Shown here: piece by piece, positions 11,407-25,170 of the stretch
Layout: every line of letters starts with the position of its first letter
How positions within the stretch are numbered: position 1 is the stretch's first letter
Assembly (NCBI GenBank): GCA_964016885.1
Contig: OZ024746.1
Coordinates: forward strand, 97,898,001 to 97,962,000
From: Eledone cirrhosa
Lineage: Eukaryota
Reading direction: 5' to 3'
DNA: 64,000 bases
Position numbers and translations under genes: made by a program
The notes under the pieces: generated by a model
What the model was told of the DNA's origin: nothing
What the model saw: the letters and a program-made list of their open reading frames with translations, nothing else
The model's database searches: none

Positions 11407-13804
11407 AAAGTCGATTAAATTTACCCCAGTGCATTACTGGTGCCTTATTTTATCGACCCCGTAACAATGAAAGACAAAGCTAACCTCGTAGGGATTTGAA
11501 CTCAGAACATAACGGGCCGTAACTCTATGCATCAAAGCATGTTGTCCGAGTCTACCGATACTGTCAATTCACTGCCTTGGATAAGAATAATTGTTTCTAC
11601 TTTTGGCACAAGGCCAGCAATTACCCAGTGTATTACTGGTACTTTATTTTATCGACCCTGTAAGGATGAAAGGTAAAGTTAACCTCGGCAGGATTTGAAC
11701 TCAGACAATAAAGGGCCATAACTCTTTGCTGCAAAGCATGGCATCCGACCCTCTACTGATACTGCCAATCCACCGCCCTTAATAATAATAATAATAATAA
11801 TAATGATGATTTCTACTACAGGCACAAGGCCAGCAATTTTTTTTCCGATTAAATTGACCCTAGTGCATTACTGGTGCTTTATTTTATCGACCCCCATAAG
11901 GGTGGTAGTTGGACTCAAAACATAAAGGGCTGTAACTCTGATTCAAAGCATGTTGTCTGACACTCTACCAATCCTACCAAAATATATTTAATCATCATCA
12001 TCATTATCAATTTGAATCCTTTTTTTTTATGTTGACATGGGTTGGATGGATTGTTACAAATCAAGACTAGACTTGACTGGAACTACTGTTCTTTTTAGCT
12101 GGGTTTAGGGACCATGTCTCTTTCAGATAGATTCCAATTTTGACACAGTTTCTACTGCTAGGTGCCCTTCCTAATGCCAACTACATTACGGAATGTACTA
12201 GGTGCATTTTAACATTGTACCAGCTCTGAAAAGATTGTCTAGTCATTGATGCAACCTTTGTATCTTTTATCCCATTGGTTTGTGTCCCAATGTACTCCAT
12301 GATTTGAAAGGTCAACAAATAATTGTTTCTACTATAGGCACAAGGCCAGCAATTATTCCACTGCATTACTGGTACTTTATTTTATCGACCGCGTAAGGAT
12401 GAAAGGCAAAGTTAACGTTGGCGGGATTTGAACTCAGACCATAAAGGGGAGTAACTCTATGCTGGAAAGCATGGCATCCGACCCTCTACCGATACTGCCA
12501 ATTTACTGGCCCAACAAATAATGATTGAAAGCAGGGTTGGATTTAGACCTTGGGGGTACCTGGGGCACTTCAGGTGTGGAGGTGCTTCTCATACACAAAA
12601 CGTTAAAATACACAGCAAACCTCCCCAAATTTACATATCTAAGTTAGCTTGGTGCAAGTAATTGTAATTAAAAAGTTATACATACAGGTATTAAATTCAA
12701 ACACTCTAAACATCCTAAAACTAAAAAGCCCAGCTGACGGCACAAATAAATTGCACGATGATATAAAAAAGTAAACCTATTGAAAGCAGTGCTCCAGTAT
12801 GACTGCAATGAACAACTAAGATATTTCAACAACTGATAGACTGAATTTTAACTTAAAATAGAATTCCAGAGAGAAAACTTTTGAAATTCTATTTTTTCAT
12901 TAAGTAAATTGGTTGTTACTTGGAATAATTATTATCAATTAGTTCCAAAGCCACAAGTAATTATTTATGATGGAACCCACTTGAATTCCTCACCAGCTGC
13001 AGCAGTGTCATCTGCAGCAACAGTAGCAGTCATAAATAAGAGATGCAAATATAGGAACATCCATTTAAAGTGAATTGTCTACTGTGGCATGTATTAGATA
13101 TTCAGATTAAGAGGTTTCCAAATAATAAAAGCAACAATTCTACACTTCGTTATTTATTGCAAAGACACAAGAGTATATAATACAATCATCATCATCATCC
13201 TTATTTAATGTCCATCTTCCACACTAGCATGGGTTAGATGGGCTGTCCCTTTGTGAAAGATCAGATCGGGAGATTAATTTGCTCACACAGAACTGACATT
13301 AATATATATAATGACCAAGGGCGGTGGATTGGCAGTATCGGTAGAGGGTCGGACACCATGCTTTGCAGCATAGAGTTATGGCCCTTTCCATTCTGAGTTC
13401 AAATCCCACCGAGGTTAACTTTGCCTTTCATCCTTAAGGGGTCGATAAAATAAAGTACCAGTAATGCAGGGGTAATTGCTGGCCTTGTGCCAAAAATAAA
13501 AACAATATATTTAATCACATGGAGTGGGTAGGCATTTTATAGTAAATACTACCATGCACACAAGCTTTGTGTGTGTGTGAGTGTGTGAGTGTATGTGAGT
13601 TGAGATGTGTCTTTGCACATATAAACTCACATATCAGATGAGATGTCAAAAAAGAGTTGGGCCCCGTCACCTTGATTGTAACCTGAGCTGATTGATATAG
13701 AAACAATCATAATATGCAAATAAAATTTGTACCTATGCTGCAACACTGACTTAAATTTCTTTTAATCTCTCTCTCTCCCTCTCTCTATATATATGTATAT
13801 TTGA

Positions 13805-14237
13805 AGGCACATCGCTTAGTGGTTAGAGCATTGGCCTTGCAATCGAAAGGTTGTGAGTTCAATTGTCAGACAGGGTGATGTATTGTTTCCTTGAGCAAGA
13901 CACTTTATTTCACATTGCTCCAGTTTACTCAGCTGTAGAAATGAGATGATGGGACAGGGGTCCCTATCATTCCACTGCAAAGTGGTCGTGGAGGTGCCAC
14001 AGCAAAAAAGCACCCAGCACTCACTGTAAAGTGGACATGTAGGCGCCACAGAAAAAAAGCACCCTGCACTCACTGTAAATGAGGTTGGTGTTAGGAAGGG
14101 CATCCAGCTGTAGAAATCAAGCCAGAATCAGTTCCCATACGAGCAAGAAAAGGTCAGCTGACCGGACACTGCCCACAGCAGGACAACCCGTCTAACCCAT
14201 GCTAGCGTGGAAGAAAGGACGAAAACGATGATGATTG
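13805..14237 (+). mobile_element. SINE family A, full length
   Basis: Closely similar to 10972-11406. Confidence 0.9.
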
Positions 14238-14970
14238 ATATATATATGTGTGTGTGTGTGTATATATATAGATATAAAAGTCAACAAAGGACAATAACAC
14301 AGAAGAACAATACAATACAATGATGATGTATTAATTAATTGTTGAAGAAATGTAATAATGTTTTGGATGTTAAGTCATCATTGGTAGATAGAAAAGGAAA
14401 GAAGAGGGCATGTTTAAGACAGAGAAGAAATATATATGTGCGAGTGTATGTGTACCATCATTATATATACACATTTATCATCATCACCATTTTACGTCCA
14501 TTTTCCACACTAGCATGGGTTATATATATATATATATATATATACATACATACAAAGTATTAACCTGTAAAACACCTGAAAATTTGCATTGAGCCTTTTG
14601 TCATACCGGTAACCAACTAGTACTTAGTACTACCCTCCACATTTATAATTGTATTAAACATATATAAATATAAATATTTTTATTACTATATACAAATATA
14701 TATATATATACGCAATAGTGATTGCCTAAACACGAGGAGTGAATTTTTCACACGTTGTCCACACGTCACTAAACATCTATTGCATAACTACAAGGTTCCG
14801 GACTGATTCTTTGTAATTTTATTTTTTTAATTTTATTTTCAACCTAAAAACTTTCCGGACTTTCGCAGTTATCTCCCTTACACCTCCCGCACGCAGTCTA
14901 GTATTGCCTGTGTGAAGTGACTGAGTTTCTGCGCATGCGCGTTCGTACGGTTGTCCTTCCTGTTCCTATA

Positions 14971-15028
14971 ACCATACACATCACGAGCTGAAGATCCGCG
15001 AAGGTGAAACAATTGTTCTCAGTATGGT
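14971..15028 (+). ncRNA. Type I hammerhead ribozyme
   Basis: ACCATAC..GAG-CTGAAGA-TCCGCGAAGGT-GAA-ACAATTGT-T-CTC.GTATGGT. Stem I is bipartite, stem III is palindromic and the cleavage triplet is GUU. Confidence 0.8.
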
Positions 15029-15119
15029 GAACTAACTGTTGTGTAACCACTTCTACCTAACTCGTCCCATGGACTGAGTGCTCTACCACTACGGATATTA
15101 CCTTCCAGTGTTCCACCAC

Positions 15120-15153
<34 letters not shown>

Positions 15154-15810
15154 CAAATGGAAGTTTAGTCAAATCGAAGTTTTGGCTGTGGCCAAGCTAA
15201 CAATATACATCAGGAATGTACAGCTAAGCACTCGATAAGGTTGTGTCACCTTAGAGTAATAACATACGTTTGAAAGCTTGACAAATTGAAAACTGCGACT
15301 GGTGACCCAGCCACATGAACCAAAGCAACGAGAAAACAAAATCAGGTGCATTTATTGTATGGCTTATTTTTCTCTTGCACATTCTTGCTGTACCATATAC
15401 ACAGAGCACACTGCCCTCTTCACTACTTGCTTATCATTCTCACAAACTAATCTCTACTCTCTCCTTCTTGATTGGATTGTACACTTACATTTGATGTATG
15501 TGTATGTATGTATGTATGTATGGAGTTAAAAACTCACAATAATTCCCTATAATTTAATGAGCTCAAGGAACAGATTCCAGGCTCTTTATAAGTGAGTATA
15601 TAGAGAGAAATACACATATATCTAAGTATATATATCTATCTCTCTCTCATATATATATCTATATATAATAAGGAGTTGACGGACCCAGCATATTTATCAA
15701 TGCCAGTACCGGTTGTATCTCAGCGTACTCCATGGGCAATGTAAGCTACATTCCCAGAGTAAACACATTCGCTTCAATACAACACACGTAAACAGGTGTC
15801 TATATTAGTT

Positions 15811-15920
15811 CCCGGACTCGAGTTTCGGCCACACTAATGCAGCAGTCAGGTGCACTGTACCATCCGTCTGCATAGATTATGCAACAATGCACAATTGGCT
15901 TATGCAGCTTCATCAGTGGG
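15811..15920 (-). ncRNA. Type I hammerhead with ~80-nt stem II
   Basis: Minus strand reads CCCA-CTGATGA-AGCTGCAT...GTGTGGCC-GAA-ACTCGAGT-C-CGGG. Stem III is palindromic and the cleavage triplet is GUC. Confidence 0.7.
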
Positions 15921-16094
15921 CATCGCCTAATCAATAACCAATCGATATATATATATATATTTATTAAAATAACAGATTAAAGTTTAAGCAAAGAATCGCT
16001 GCTTATTTGATATATATTTATCCTTATCGAGCCCTCTTTGGATTTTAGTCTTGAAATTTATTATTATTACTATTATTATTATTATTACTATATA

Positions 16095-16144
<50 letters not shown>

Positions 16145-16789
16145 TATACACACACTTATAGACTGAGGTAGAAATACTTTGTGTTAAAATATCTCCAATT
16201 ACAACTTATAGTATAAGTTATTGATCGAAACTGAAAGTAACATACATTTCCTGTTAGCTTTCACTCTGTACATTGTAGATAGTAAGTACTTTTAAAACAA
16301 TTGTCCATACTGTGTAAACCTTGATAGCATTTGCTATCTGTAAATAAATAAGAAGATAAATGAAAGCAAACAAAAAATGCCAAAAGAATTGAAAAGAAGC
16401 CAGATGAGAGTGTCAAAACTGCCAAAATGATTTCTGAGAAAGAACATTTGTGCAGCTTCCTCTTTTCCATTCCTTCAAAATGTTTCATTTACTCCATAAT
16501 CTGCTAGTGACTTGTATTATAAGAAGAATAAATAATATTTACAGTAAATTTGATTTCTGTAAAATGTTTCTCAACAATAATTGATGTGTTTTACCATATT
16601 TTGATTTTAGTCACGAGTAGAATCTCTGTATTATTTGTATTATTATAATTCTAATTTACTGGGTCTTCATTTGATTCTCTGTTAGCTTTTGATCAATAAT
16701 CAATAATCAACCATAACATTATGACATATGTGATTGTATATTTACATATATAGATATCTGTTCTTTTTCTTCTCCTTTTAATCCACCTT

Positions 16790-17295
16790 CCTCTCCTTCA
16801 CTCACTTATTCCTGAGAGGGTCATGGAGAACTGTGTCCTCAAACATTACTTTCAGTGAGTCCTATCAAAATCAACCATCTACAACTAATCTGGCTGGATC
16901 CTGGTGTCTGCCCCTGGGTCGCCTTCCAGTTGATTTTTTTTCTTTTCTTCACCCACTTATTCCTGAGAGGGTCGTGTTAGCAGAGTCCTCAAACATTCCT
17001 TCCAGCAGGTCCTGTCAGAAGCAACCATCTCCAACTCATCCAGCTGGATCCCCAAGCGAGACCAGCCAAGCTCATAGATGTTATCCAACCCCCTTGCTTG
17101 GGGTCTACCCCCGGGTCTCCTACCAGTTGTTTTGCCTGTAAAATCTGTCCAGCGATTCTTTCCTGAGACATTCTAACCACATGTCCATAGTACTAGAGCT
17201 GTGATTTCTCAATTCAGAGAAGTAGCAGCTCTACCTGGAGTGACTCTCTGATCTCAAGCACCGCACTATCGAGTAACATTACTCCAAAGACCCTG
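16790..17295 (-). mobile_element. RTE-clade LINE 3' fragments
   Basis: Minus-strand frames give GHVVRMSQERIAGQILQAK..., the same family as 24100-25170. Confidence 0.8.
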
Positions 17296-19339
17296 TCTGT
17301 TACTTTTTTTAATTTACCCACACAAACATATACATAATGAATTCCCTATTTCAGTCATGCGCATATAATGTAGTCCAAATCATTTAAAAAATTATTTGTA
17401 CTTCTTATTGTTGTATATAATTCTTGAATAAATTTATTTATACATAATAATAACCTTATGCTATATACAGTTATTTTATAGCTATTTGCACAATTTTCTC
17501 TGTGAATAGTTATTTCTCCAAGGTTATTCATACATTTAACCCTTTAGCATTTAAACCAGCTGTATCTGGCCAAAATTCTCTCACCCTTTCTGTTCAAACT
17601 GGATGTAACCGGCTGCTCATACTGATTATGTGAGGTAAAACTTTTAGCATGAAAATATAATAGTAAATATACAGTAATGTAAATGCTAAAGGGTTAATTC
17701 TACATACATGTGAAATATTTATCTAATTTTTTTAACTTGCTTTTACCCTTAATACCATGAACTAACTGTTTTATGTTTTGTGTGTGAGTATTTATATATA
17801 CACTGAAACAAAAAATACTTAAGGACTGAACATAATAGAACCACATTCCCATAGTCACTGCCTGCATCTCTCCCTCGCCTCATTTTTCACTAAAGAAGTG
17901 AAATGTGAAATGGCAGGTTACTTAATCCTTTAGCATTTTAACTGGCCATACATAACCAGAATTCTCTCACCTGTTTCTGTTCTAACTGACCATAACCAAC
18001 CATAACCAGCCACTCATACTGAAATTCAGGTATTGTTTTCTAAATAAATAATAACATCATCAAAATCTCGTAGATTCGATATTTAGTTATTTATTTAATC
18101 AATTAAAACGTTCGTATAGAACTAGTAAGTCATGACATACTAGGGTAAGTAACAAGTACTTCTTACAGTTGGTAATCAAAAAGAGCTAGTGAGACAATAA
18201 AGCAAAAGTGAGATAATTCTATAAGATAAAGCCTCTACCATAAAAATACAATAATAAATATAGAGTAATGTAAATGGTAATTGGTTAAGCAATATATACT
18301 CTGAGAGAATAGAACTCAGGTAGTGCATTATTTCTCAGACAAAGATTCACCACTCTGTCTGATAATTTTTACCTGTCCAATTATTGGAACTTAAACATAA
18401 AAGACATCACAACGCTTTCATCTAATGTATATGCAACTTTCTATACTAACAATCTTATTTTAGCTGCAATATACATTAAACACATTTTCAGAGCAACTCA
18501 TCACAGTAAAAATATCTCACTAGACTATTCATCATTTTACAACCACTGTTGTAAGATGTGTCAGATCTCTCGCAGACACTATATAATTCTGGTTAGGTTA
18601 ACCATTCAACATTATTGCTACTAATGGTGGATTGGCAGTATCGGTAGACGGTCGGACGCCATGCTTTGACGCATAGAGTTACGGCCCTTGCCATTCTGAG
18701 TTCAAATCCCGCCGAGGTTAACTTTGCCTTTCATCTTTACGGGGGTCGATAAAATAAAGTACCAGTAATGCACTGGGGTCGATTTAATCGACTTTGCCCT
18801 TCCCCCTGCCAAAAGTAGAAACAAATATTATTGCTACTAATTGCAACAAAGCAACCAGACTTCAGATCAGCAAATAAAGTGTTCTGGTAGAGCATCTGCA
18901 AACTTTGTAATAAGAATCCCTCCTCCACACCTATCAAGAACGCATCTGGGGGTTCTCCTCTCTTCAGAGTGGTGCATCCTTGTGAGGTGTTGCTTCTGAC
19001 AGGGCCCGCTGGAAGGAGTGTTTGAGAACTCTGCCCCTACGATCCTCTCAGGAAGGAGGAGGATGGGGGGGGGGGGAGAAGACCTTGACTAAGTTGCAAA
19101 ACATAAGATGTTGGTCTTCAAATTCTAAAAAGAGTACAGGCATTGTTCTTAGTGATGGCTAAATCAAATCAAAGACACACACAGGGCCAGATTTAGATTT
19201 GATGAGGCCCTAAGCTATTTGAGATAATGGGGTCCTTTATATGTCTAGATGTCCTATGTCAGCGATAAATTGTCGCTGGTTTTTGTGTGGGGGCCCTAAG
19301 CTATAGCTTGTTTAGCTTATACATAAATCCCACTCTGGA

Positions 19340-19790
19340 CACACACATACTCACAACACACATATGGTCACTGCATGTATACATACTACACACACTTATA
19401 CAAATACTTACTACACACATACACACACACACATGTTCACTGCAAACACACATACTCACTACACACACATACTACACACATATTCACTACACACACATAC
19501 ACACACACTCCACCTCTACTACACACACCACCTCTACTACACACACATGTTCACTAGACACACATGTTCACTACACACACATGTTCACGACACACTCCAC
19601 CTCTACTACACACACATGTTCACTACACACTCCACCTCTACTACACACACATGTTCACTACACACACATGTTCACTACACACACCACCTCTACTACACAC
19701 ACATGTTCACTACACACACATGTTCACTACACACACCACTTCTACTACACACACATGTTCACTACACTCTCCACCTCTACTTCACTCATG
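19340..19790. repeat. CA-rich minisatellite (CTACACACACATGTTCA / CTCCACCTCTACTA units)
   Basis: Direct tandem units; this is the source of the His/Thr-rich spurious ORFs. Confidence 0.9.
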
Positions 19791-20069
19791 TCATCCTAAA
19801 ATTACTCTTTCTTTCCACCTTATCCAATTATCTACCTAAGCTTTAAACTAATTATTTATCTAAGCCTACACTAAGTCCAAAGCTACCTGGCCGCCGTTAT
19901 ATGAATTTCTAACAAACCTTACCTATATATGTCTCGCTCTCTTTTAACTATTTCTTCTGCAATATTGACTCCAGCATTTAGTTATATCAGAACAACTTTG
20001 ACAGCAAATGAGGAAAAAGCTTTAAAGTTGTTACATTCTTTCCAAATAACAAACTCTTTGGCAACGTGT

Positions 20070-20125
<56 letters not shown>

Positions 20126-20349
20126 AGATCAAGACGGATTCAGTTTGAAACTGCTTAGACCATTAATCAACAGAGTACTCAATACTTGGGGTAGTAGAGT
20201 ATGCTTATATTATAAAGAGTTGGGACCCCAACAGCTGAGCTCTTGCCATTTCAACAGTTAGTTCCAGGCTCTAGAACTAGCTATTGAAATGGTAAGAGCT
20301 CAGTCATTGATGTCCAGACTCTTTATAATATATATGTATATATATATAT

Positions 20350-20568
20350 ATAACAAAGGAGTTGTGGTAAGGAACCAGATGGACCATAACGCACCAGAGT
20401 ACTCAATACTTAGGGTAGTAGAGTGGGTAATAGGTAAAAGTATGACGCCGACGGCAGAGCTCAAGCCGTTTCGACGGCTATTTCTGAGTCCTGAAATAGC
20501 CGTCGAAATAGAGTCCAGAATAGCCGTCGAAACGGCTTGAGCTCTGCCGTCGGGGTCATACTTTTTCC
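20350..20568. mobile_element. Fold-back element family X (copies at 20145-20312, 20350-20568, 43518-43765, 44005-44152, 58940-59135)
   Basis: Shared core C(C)AGAGTACTCAATACTT(A/G)GGGTAGT. Each copy has an inverted duplication and is flanked by microsatellite. Confidence 0.75.
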
Positions 20569-23500
20569 TATATATATATATTTTTTTTTTCAAATTCAAA
20601 AGATATATTTAGAGAGAGATATAATGTGTCATATATCGTTTGAGAAAAGAGAAACGCGGTTATCATACATATTACATGTTTTGATCCCATAACATCGTGT
20701 GTGTGTATAGGACCGAGATATCTGGTGATATGCAGTAATACAGAAGACATGACTTCCCATGGGCACAAGCTGAAACATATATACAGTATGCCCCATGAGG
20801 TCAGGCCAAAATAAATGCATCCAGTGAAGCCCTCAGCCCACACTGTAAAGTGGTTGTGTAGGTGTCACGACAAAAAACATCCAACACACACTGTAAAGTT
20901 TTCGTGTAGGCTTCTCGACAAAAAGCACCCAGCACACACTGCAAATGTGGTTGGCGTTAGGAAGGGCATCCAGCTGTAGAAAACCAGCTGGAAACAGTCC
21001 TATATGAGTGAGACATGGACACCCAACTCAACTTGCCTCTAACTGGGACAAACCCGTCTAACCCATGCTAGCATGGAAGATGGACAATAAACGATGATGA
21101 TATATATACACACACATACATACATAAGCTCAACAAGTGATTACAAAACCACATTCTGAGGGCATTAAAAATTGATTGCAGTGGAAGTGTGTGATTGATC
21201 AAGTCACAAACAGTTGGATGAGAATGGACAGGATGGAATAAGTAGTAAATTTAACCTTTTAGCATTAACATTACTCTATATATACTATTGTATTTTCATG
21301 GTGAAGGCTTTTTCTCACATAGTATTGAAGCTACAAGATTTTAATGTTATTTATTTTGAGAACAATACCTTAACATCAGTATGAGCAGCCAGTTATGGCC
21401 GGTTTGAACAGAAGAGGCGAGAGAATTCTGGCCGGTTATGGCCGGTTTAAATGCTAAAGGGTTAAAGTGAAGTTCACAGATTTTGTATATTTTATATGAC
21501 AAAAATGATTCTTCTTTATACACTACAAAATTGACTCACAAGACATTGATTGGCCCCATGCTATAAGACACTTGCTTACAATGCTACAGTGTCAGAATTG
21601 AAACCAAGACCACATGGTTTTGTAGTGAACTTCTTAACTACACAGCTATATCCCCACCCCAGAATGTGTTTGAATAAATGAAAACATCTCGATAATGATT
21701 GAATGACAAACAAAACAATAAATTGTTCTAAAATGGCTCCTATGTGTTTAGTCCAAAAATTAGAAAAACTATCGTAGAATTTCTGTAAATTTCATTTTAT
21801 TTACCAATTGGATTTTAAAAAATAAGAAATTTTTACTTTAAAACATCTATAATATATGTAATTCAGTATTTCTTACAATATTTATTGTATTTAGTTATTT
21901 CGATTGTTATCGTGTATAGAAATTATAACATTTAAATTGAAATATTCTTTTTTATAACTTTCTATAAAACTTTTAGAATGACTAAAACGATCTTCTTAAC
22001 TGTGCATTAGCTACAATTGAATCATATTATTTTATGAAAAGAATTTATAGAGTAAATTCTGTAAGCCATATAAACAATAAAAAAATATCTATCGTATAGC
22101 TAAACAATTGGTAAGTTAGATTAATAATAAAGAAGCCTGTACAGTGAAGATGGGTAGATCTCCGGGTAATAAAATCAGGTGGCAGTAGGAGGCGAGAGAA
22201 AGGGTGGAAGAAACGTAAAAAGAGATATAAAGAACGTAAAAACGACATAAAAAGAAAACCAGAGATAAAGTTACCTTGAAAGAGATTTATTGTTCCCTAT
22301 ATTTCAGATTTCACATCCAGCGATGGGGGGATTTCTGAAGGGAAATAAGTATGTCAGGGAAGGGAACAATGTGTGGTCTTCTTTATCTGCCGTTTGAGTA
22401 CAATTAATAATCGTCTAAGCTTTATTTGTTCCACCATTTTATAGAAAAGCGAGTTTAGTCACTATCGTGTTATATTAAAAGAGGCCCTTGAGATGATAAA
22501 GGAAGTAAAGTCCACTGTATACAGTTGCAAACATCTGTCTACCTTTTTTTATACCAACCTGGCTGAAGCCACACCCGGGTCAATGATATAAAACTGTTAG
22601 TTTTAACTCTTTCATGACAGCATTTCTGATGAAATACACTCTATTTTAATTAATTAATGAAGAAGTTTGAGGGATTTACTAAAATTATTATTTCATTACT
22701 AAGATAGTAACTTAATGTAAGAATCTTATATAAAATTATATTGGAGGATTTTAATTTAAATTGGGACCCTTTAAAATGGATGGTTTTAATTTCATAGAAC
22801 CAGAGTCGGTTTTTGCCAGGTTTGTAACTAAAGAGTTAAGTTGTTTAAGTTTATCTAAAAATCTTCCATCATAATTTAGTCTAAGAACCTTTGTTATGTT
22901 TGAAACACCAGCTTTTTAATGTGAAGTTCATATATTACTAATTCTCTTCAAATTCTTGATTATTTTCGAAATTATTTGAAAATCCTATACAATGTTTTAG
23001 TCAGAAATAAGGCAATGTGTATGGCTGCCAGAAGACTCTTAGATATTCTAAACTAGATACGCACAGCATCAAATATTCATATATTTAATATTACTTAATG
23101 ATGAAGAAAATATAATTATTAACGGTTAGATTCAGGAAAAGGTTATTAAATTGGTAAAAGATTATTAAAAAAATAAGTAGCAATAGAAATACAGTCGATT
23201 AATATTTTAGCTAGATAGTATTTGGTAAGAATATTTCCCCACAGAGAAATTAATCCAAAACGTTTTATTAGAAAGGAGTAACTATGTGAAGTTGTAATAT
23301 ATGAAGATGTAATATTCTCAAAAAAATTAGAATACACAACAACAACACCCCCCATCCCCACCCCCCAATTTTACATATTAAAGTTAGCTTGGTGCAAGTA
23401 ATTGGAATTGAAACATTATACATACAGATATTAAATTCAAAAATTTTAACCATCCTAAAACTAAAAAGTCCAACTGAGGGCACAAGTATATTTCTATGGC

Positions 23501-24099
23501 CGTCGCTGGTGGAGTCCCCACTGCAAGGGGCCTGAGGCAATTTCCCCCCTTTACCCCCCATTAATCCGGTCCAGGTAGTATTCATGCTTTTTCTAAAGAT
23601 TTCAGTCAAAATATGACTAATTAGGATTATTTTTTAAATGTTCTGATTTGTTTATAACTTATTACTGTAACAAACCTACAACTCTAATAAATATTTGTAA
23701 ATTTGAGGGAGATAAAAGGATGATTTAATTGCATCAATCGAACCTATACTCCCCATCCATCTAAGTTATAAGGGGCTGCCATGCTGGTGGAGACTTCTGA
23801 TGTCCTTGGCCCTAGGACCACCTCCCCACTAACCACCATTGGTACAGAGTTGGCTACCCACCGGTGTGAGCCTCATGAGCTGGAATGGTTCTTCCAATGC
23901 GTCTCCCTCACCATCCTCTGGGGAAAAGACTTCTCTATTCTGTCTTCTAGGGCCATGGGGCAGTCAGCGCATAGGATCCTATTTGCTTATAATAGCGAGA
24001 GATGGGGAGCGCAAGAGAGATGGAGGCAGTGACAATGGGAATTTGATTCTATTATGTTCAATCCTTGAAAGGCATTTTTGGGGCCAGCTTCAGCATTCA

Positions 24100-25170
24100 G
24101 TAATCAGAAGAAACCAAACTCGCTTCAATTCGGTTTTTGTGCCAATCCTTACCTATCGTCATGGATCTTGGGTAATAACCAAAAGAGTATGATTGCAAAT
24201 ACAAGAGGCTGAAATGGGATTCCTCTGAAGGGTCTTTGGAATAACATTACTCCGATAAACTGCGTAGCTTGGAGATTAGAGAGTCACTCCAGGTAGAGTT
24301 GCTACTTCTGCTAATTGAGAGATCACAGCTCTGATACTATGGGCATGTGGTTAGAATGTCTCAGAAAAGAATCACTGGAGAGTCACTCATGATGGAGCCG
24401 ATACTTCTCCAAATTGAGAGATCACAGCTCTGATACTATGGACATGTGGTTAGATTGTCTCAGGAAAGAATCACTGGAGAGTCACTCCAGGTAGAGCCAT
24501 TACTTCTCCGAATTGAGAGATCACAGCTCTGATACTATGGGCATGTGGTTAGAATGTCTCAGGAAAGAATCACTGGAGAGTCACTCATGATGGAGCCGAT
24601 ACTTCTCCAAATTGAGAGATCACAGCTCTGATACTATGGACATGTGGTTAGATTGTCTCAGGAAAGAATCACTGGAGAGTCACTCCAGGTAGAGCCATTA
24701 CTTCTCCGAATTGAGAGATCACAGCTCTGATACTATGGGCATGTGGTTAGATTGTCTCAGGAAAGAATCACTGGAGAGTCACTCCTGGTAGAGCCATTAC
24801 TTCTCCAAATTGAGAGATCACAGCTCTGATACTATGGACATGTGGTTAGATTGTCTCAGGAAAGAATCACTGGAGAGTCACTTATGATAGAGCCAATACT
24901 TCTCCGAATTGAGAGATCACAACTCTGATACTATGGGCATGAGGTTAGATTGTCTCAGGAAAGAATTGCTGGACAGATTTTACAGTCAAAACCAGCCAAC
25001 AGGAGACCCAGGAATAGACCCTGAGCCAGATGGTTGGATAACATCCATAAGATTGGTTGTTCATGCTTGGGGATCCAGCTTGATCAGTTGGAGATGGTTA
25101 CTTCTGACAGGACTCATTGGACCCTGCCCCCACTACTCTCTCAGGAATAAGTGGGCAAAGAAAGAAGAAG
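24100..25170 (+). mobile_element. RTE-clade LINE 3' fragment with an internal tandem array
   Basis: Translates FNSVFVPILTYRHGSWV...IQEAEMGFL.RVFG...LLRIERSQL.YYGHVVRM and ends in a GAA-rich tail. Confidence 0.85.
24281..24970 (+). repeat. 99-bp tandem repeat, 7 copies, inside the RTE fragment
   Basis: GAGTCACT recurs at 24281, 24380, 24479, 24578, 24677, 24776 and 24875. Confidence 0.93.

Noticed and set aside
12961-13039. TTATTTATGA/TCATAAATAA plus GCTGCAG/CTGCAGC hairpin
   Set aside because: The arms are short and AT-rich and compatible with chance.
16246-16338. Minus-strand exon-like segment with a good acceptor and GTATGT donor
   Set aside because: It has stop codons in all three frames.
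24281-24970. CRISPR-like regular repeats (also 56449-56588 and 56700-56868)
   Set aside because: The units are contiguous with no unique spacers, there are no cas genes and the context is eukaryotic; the first array is LINE-derived.
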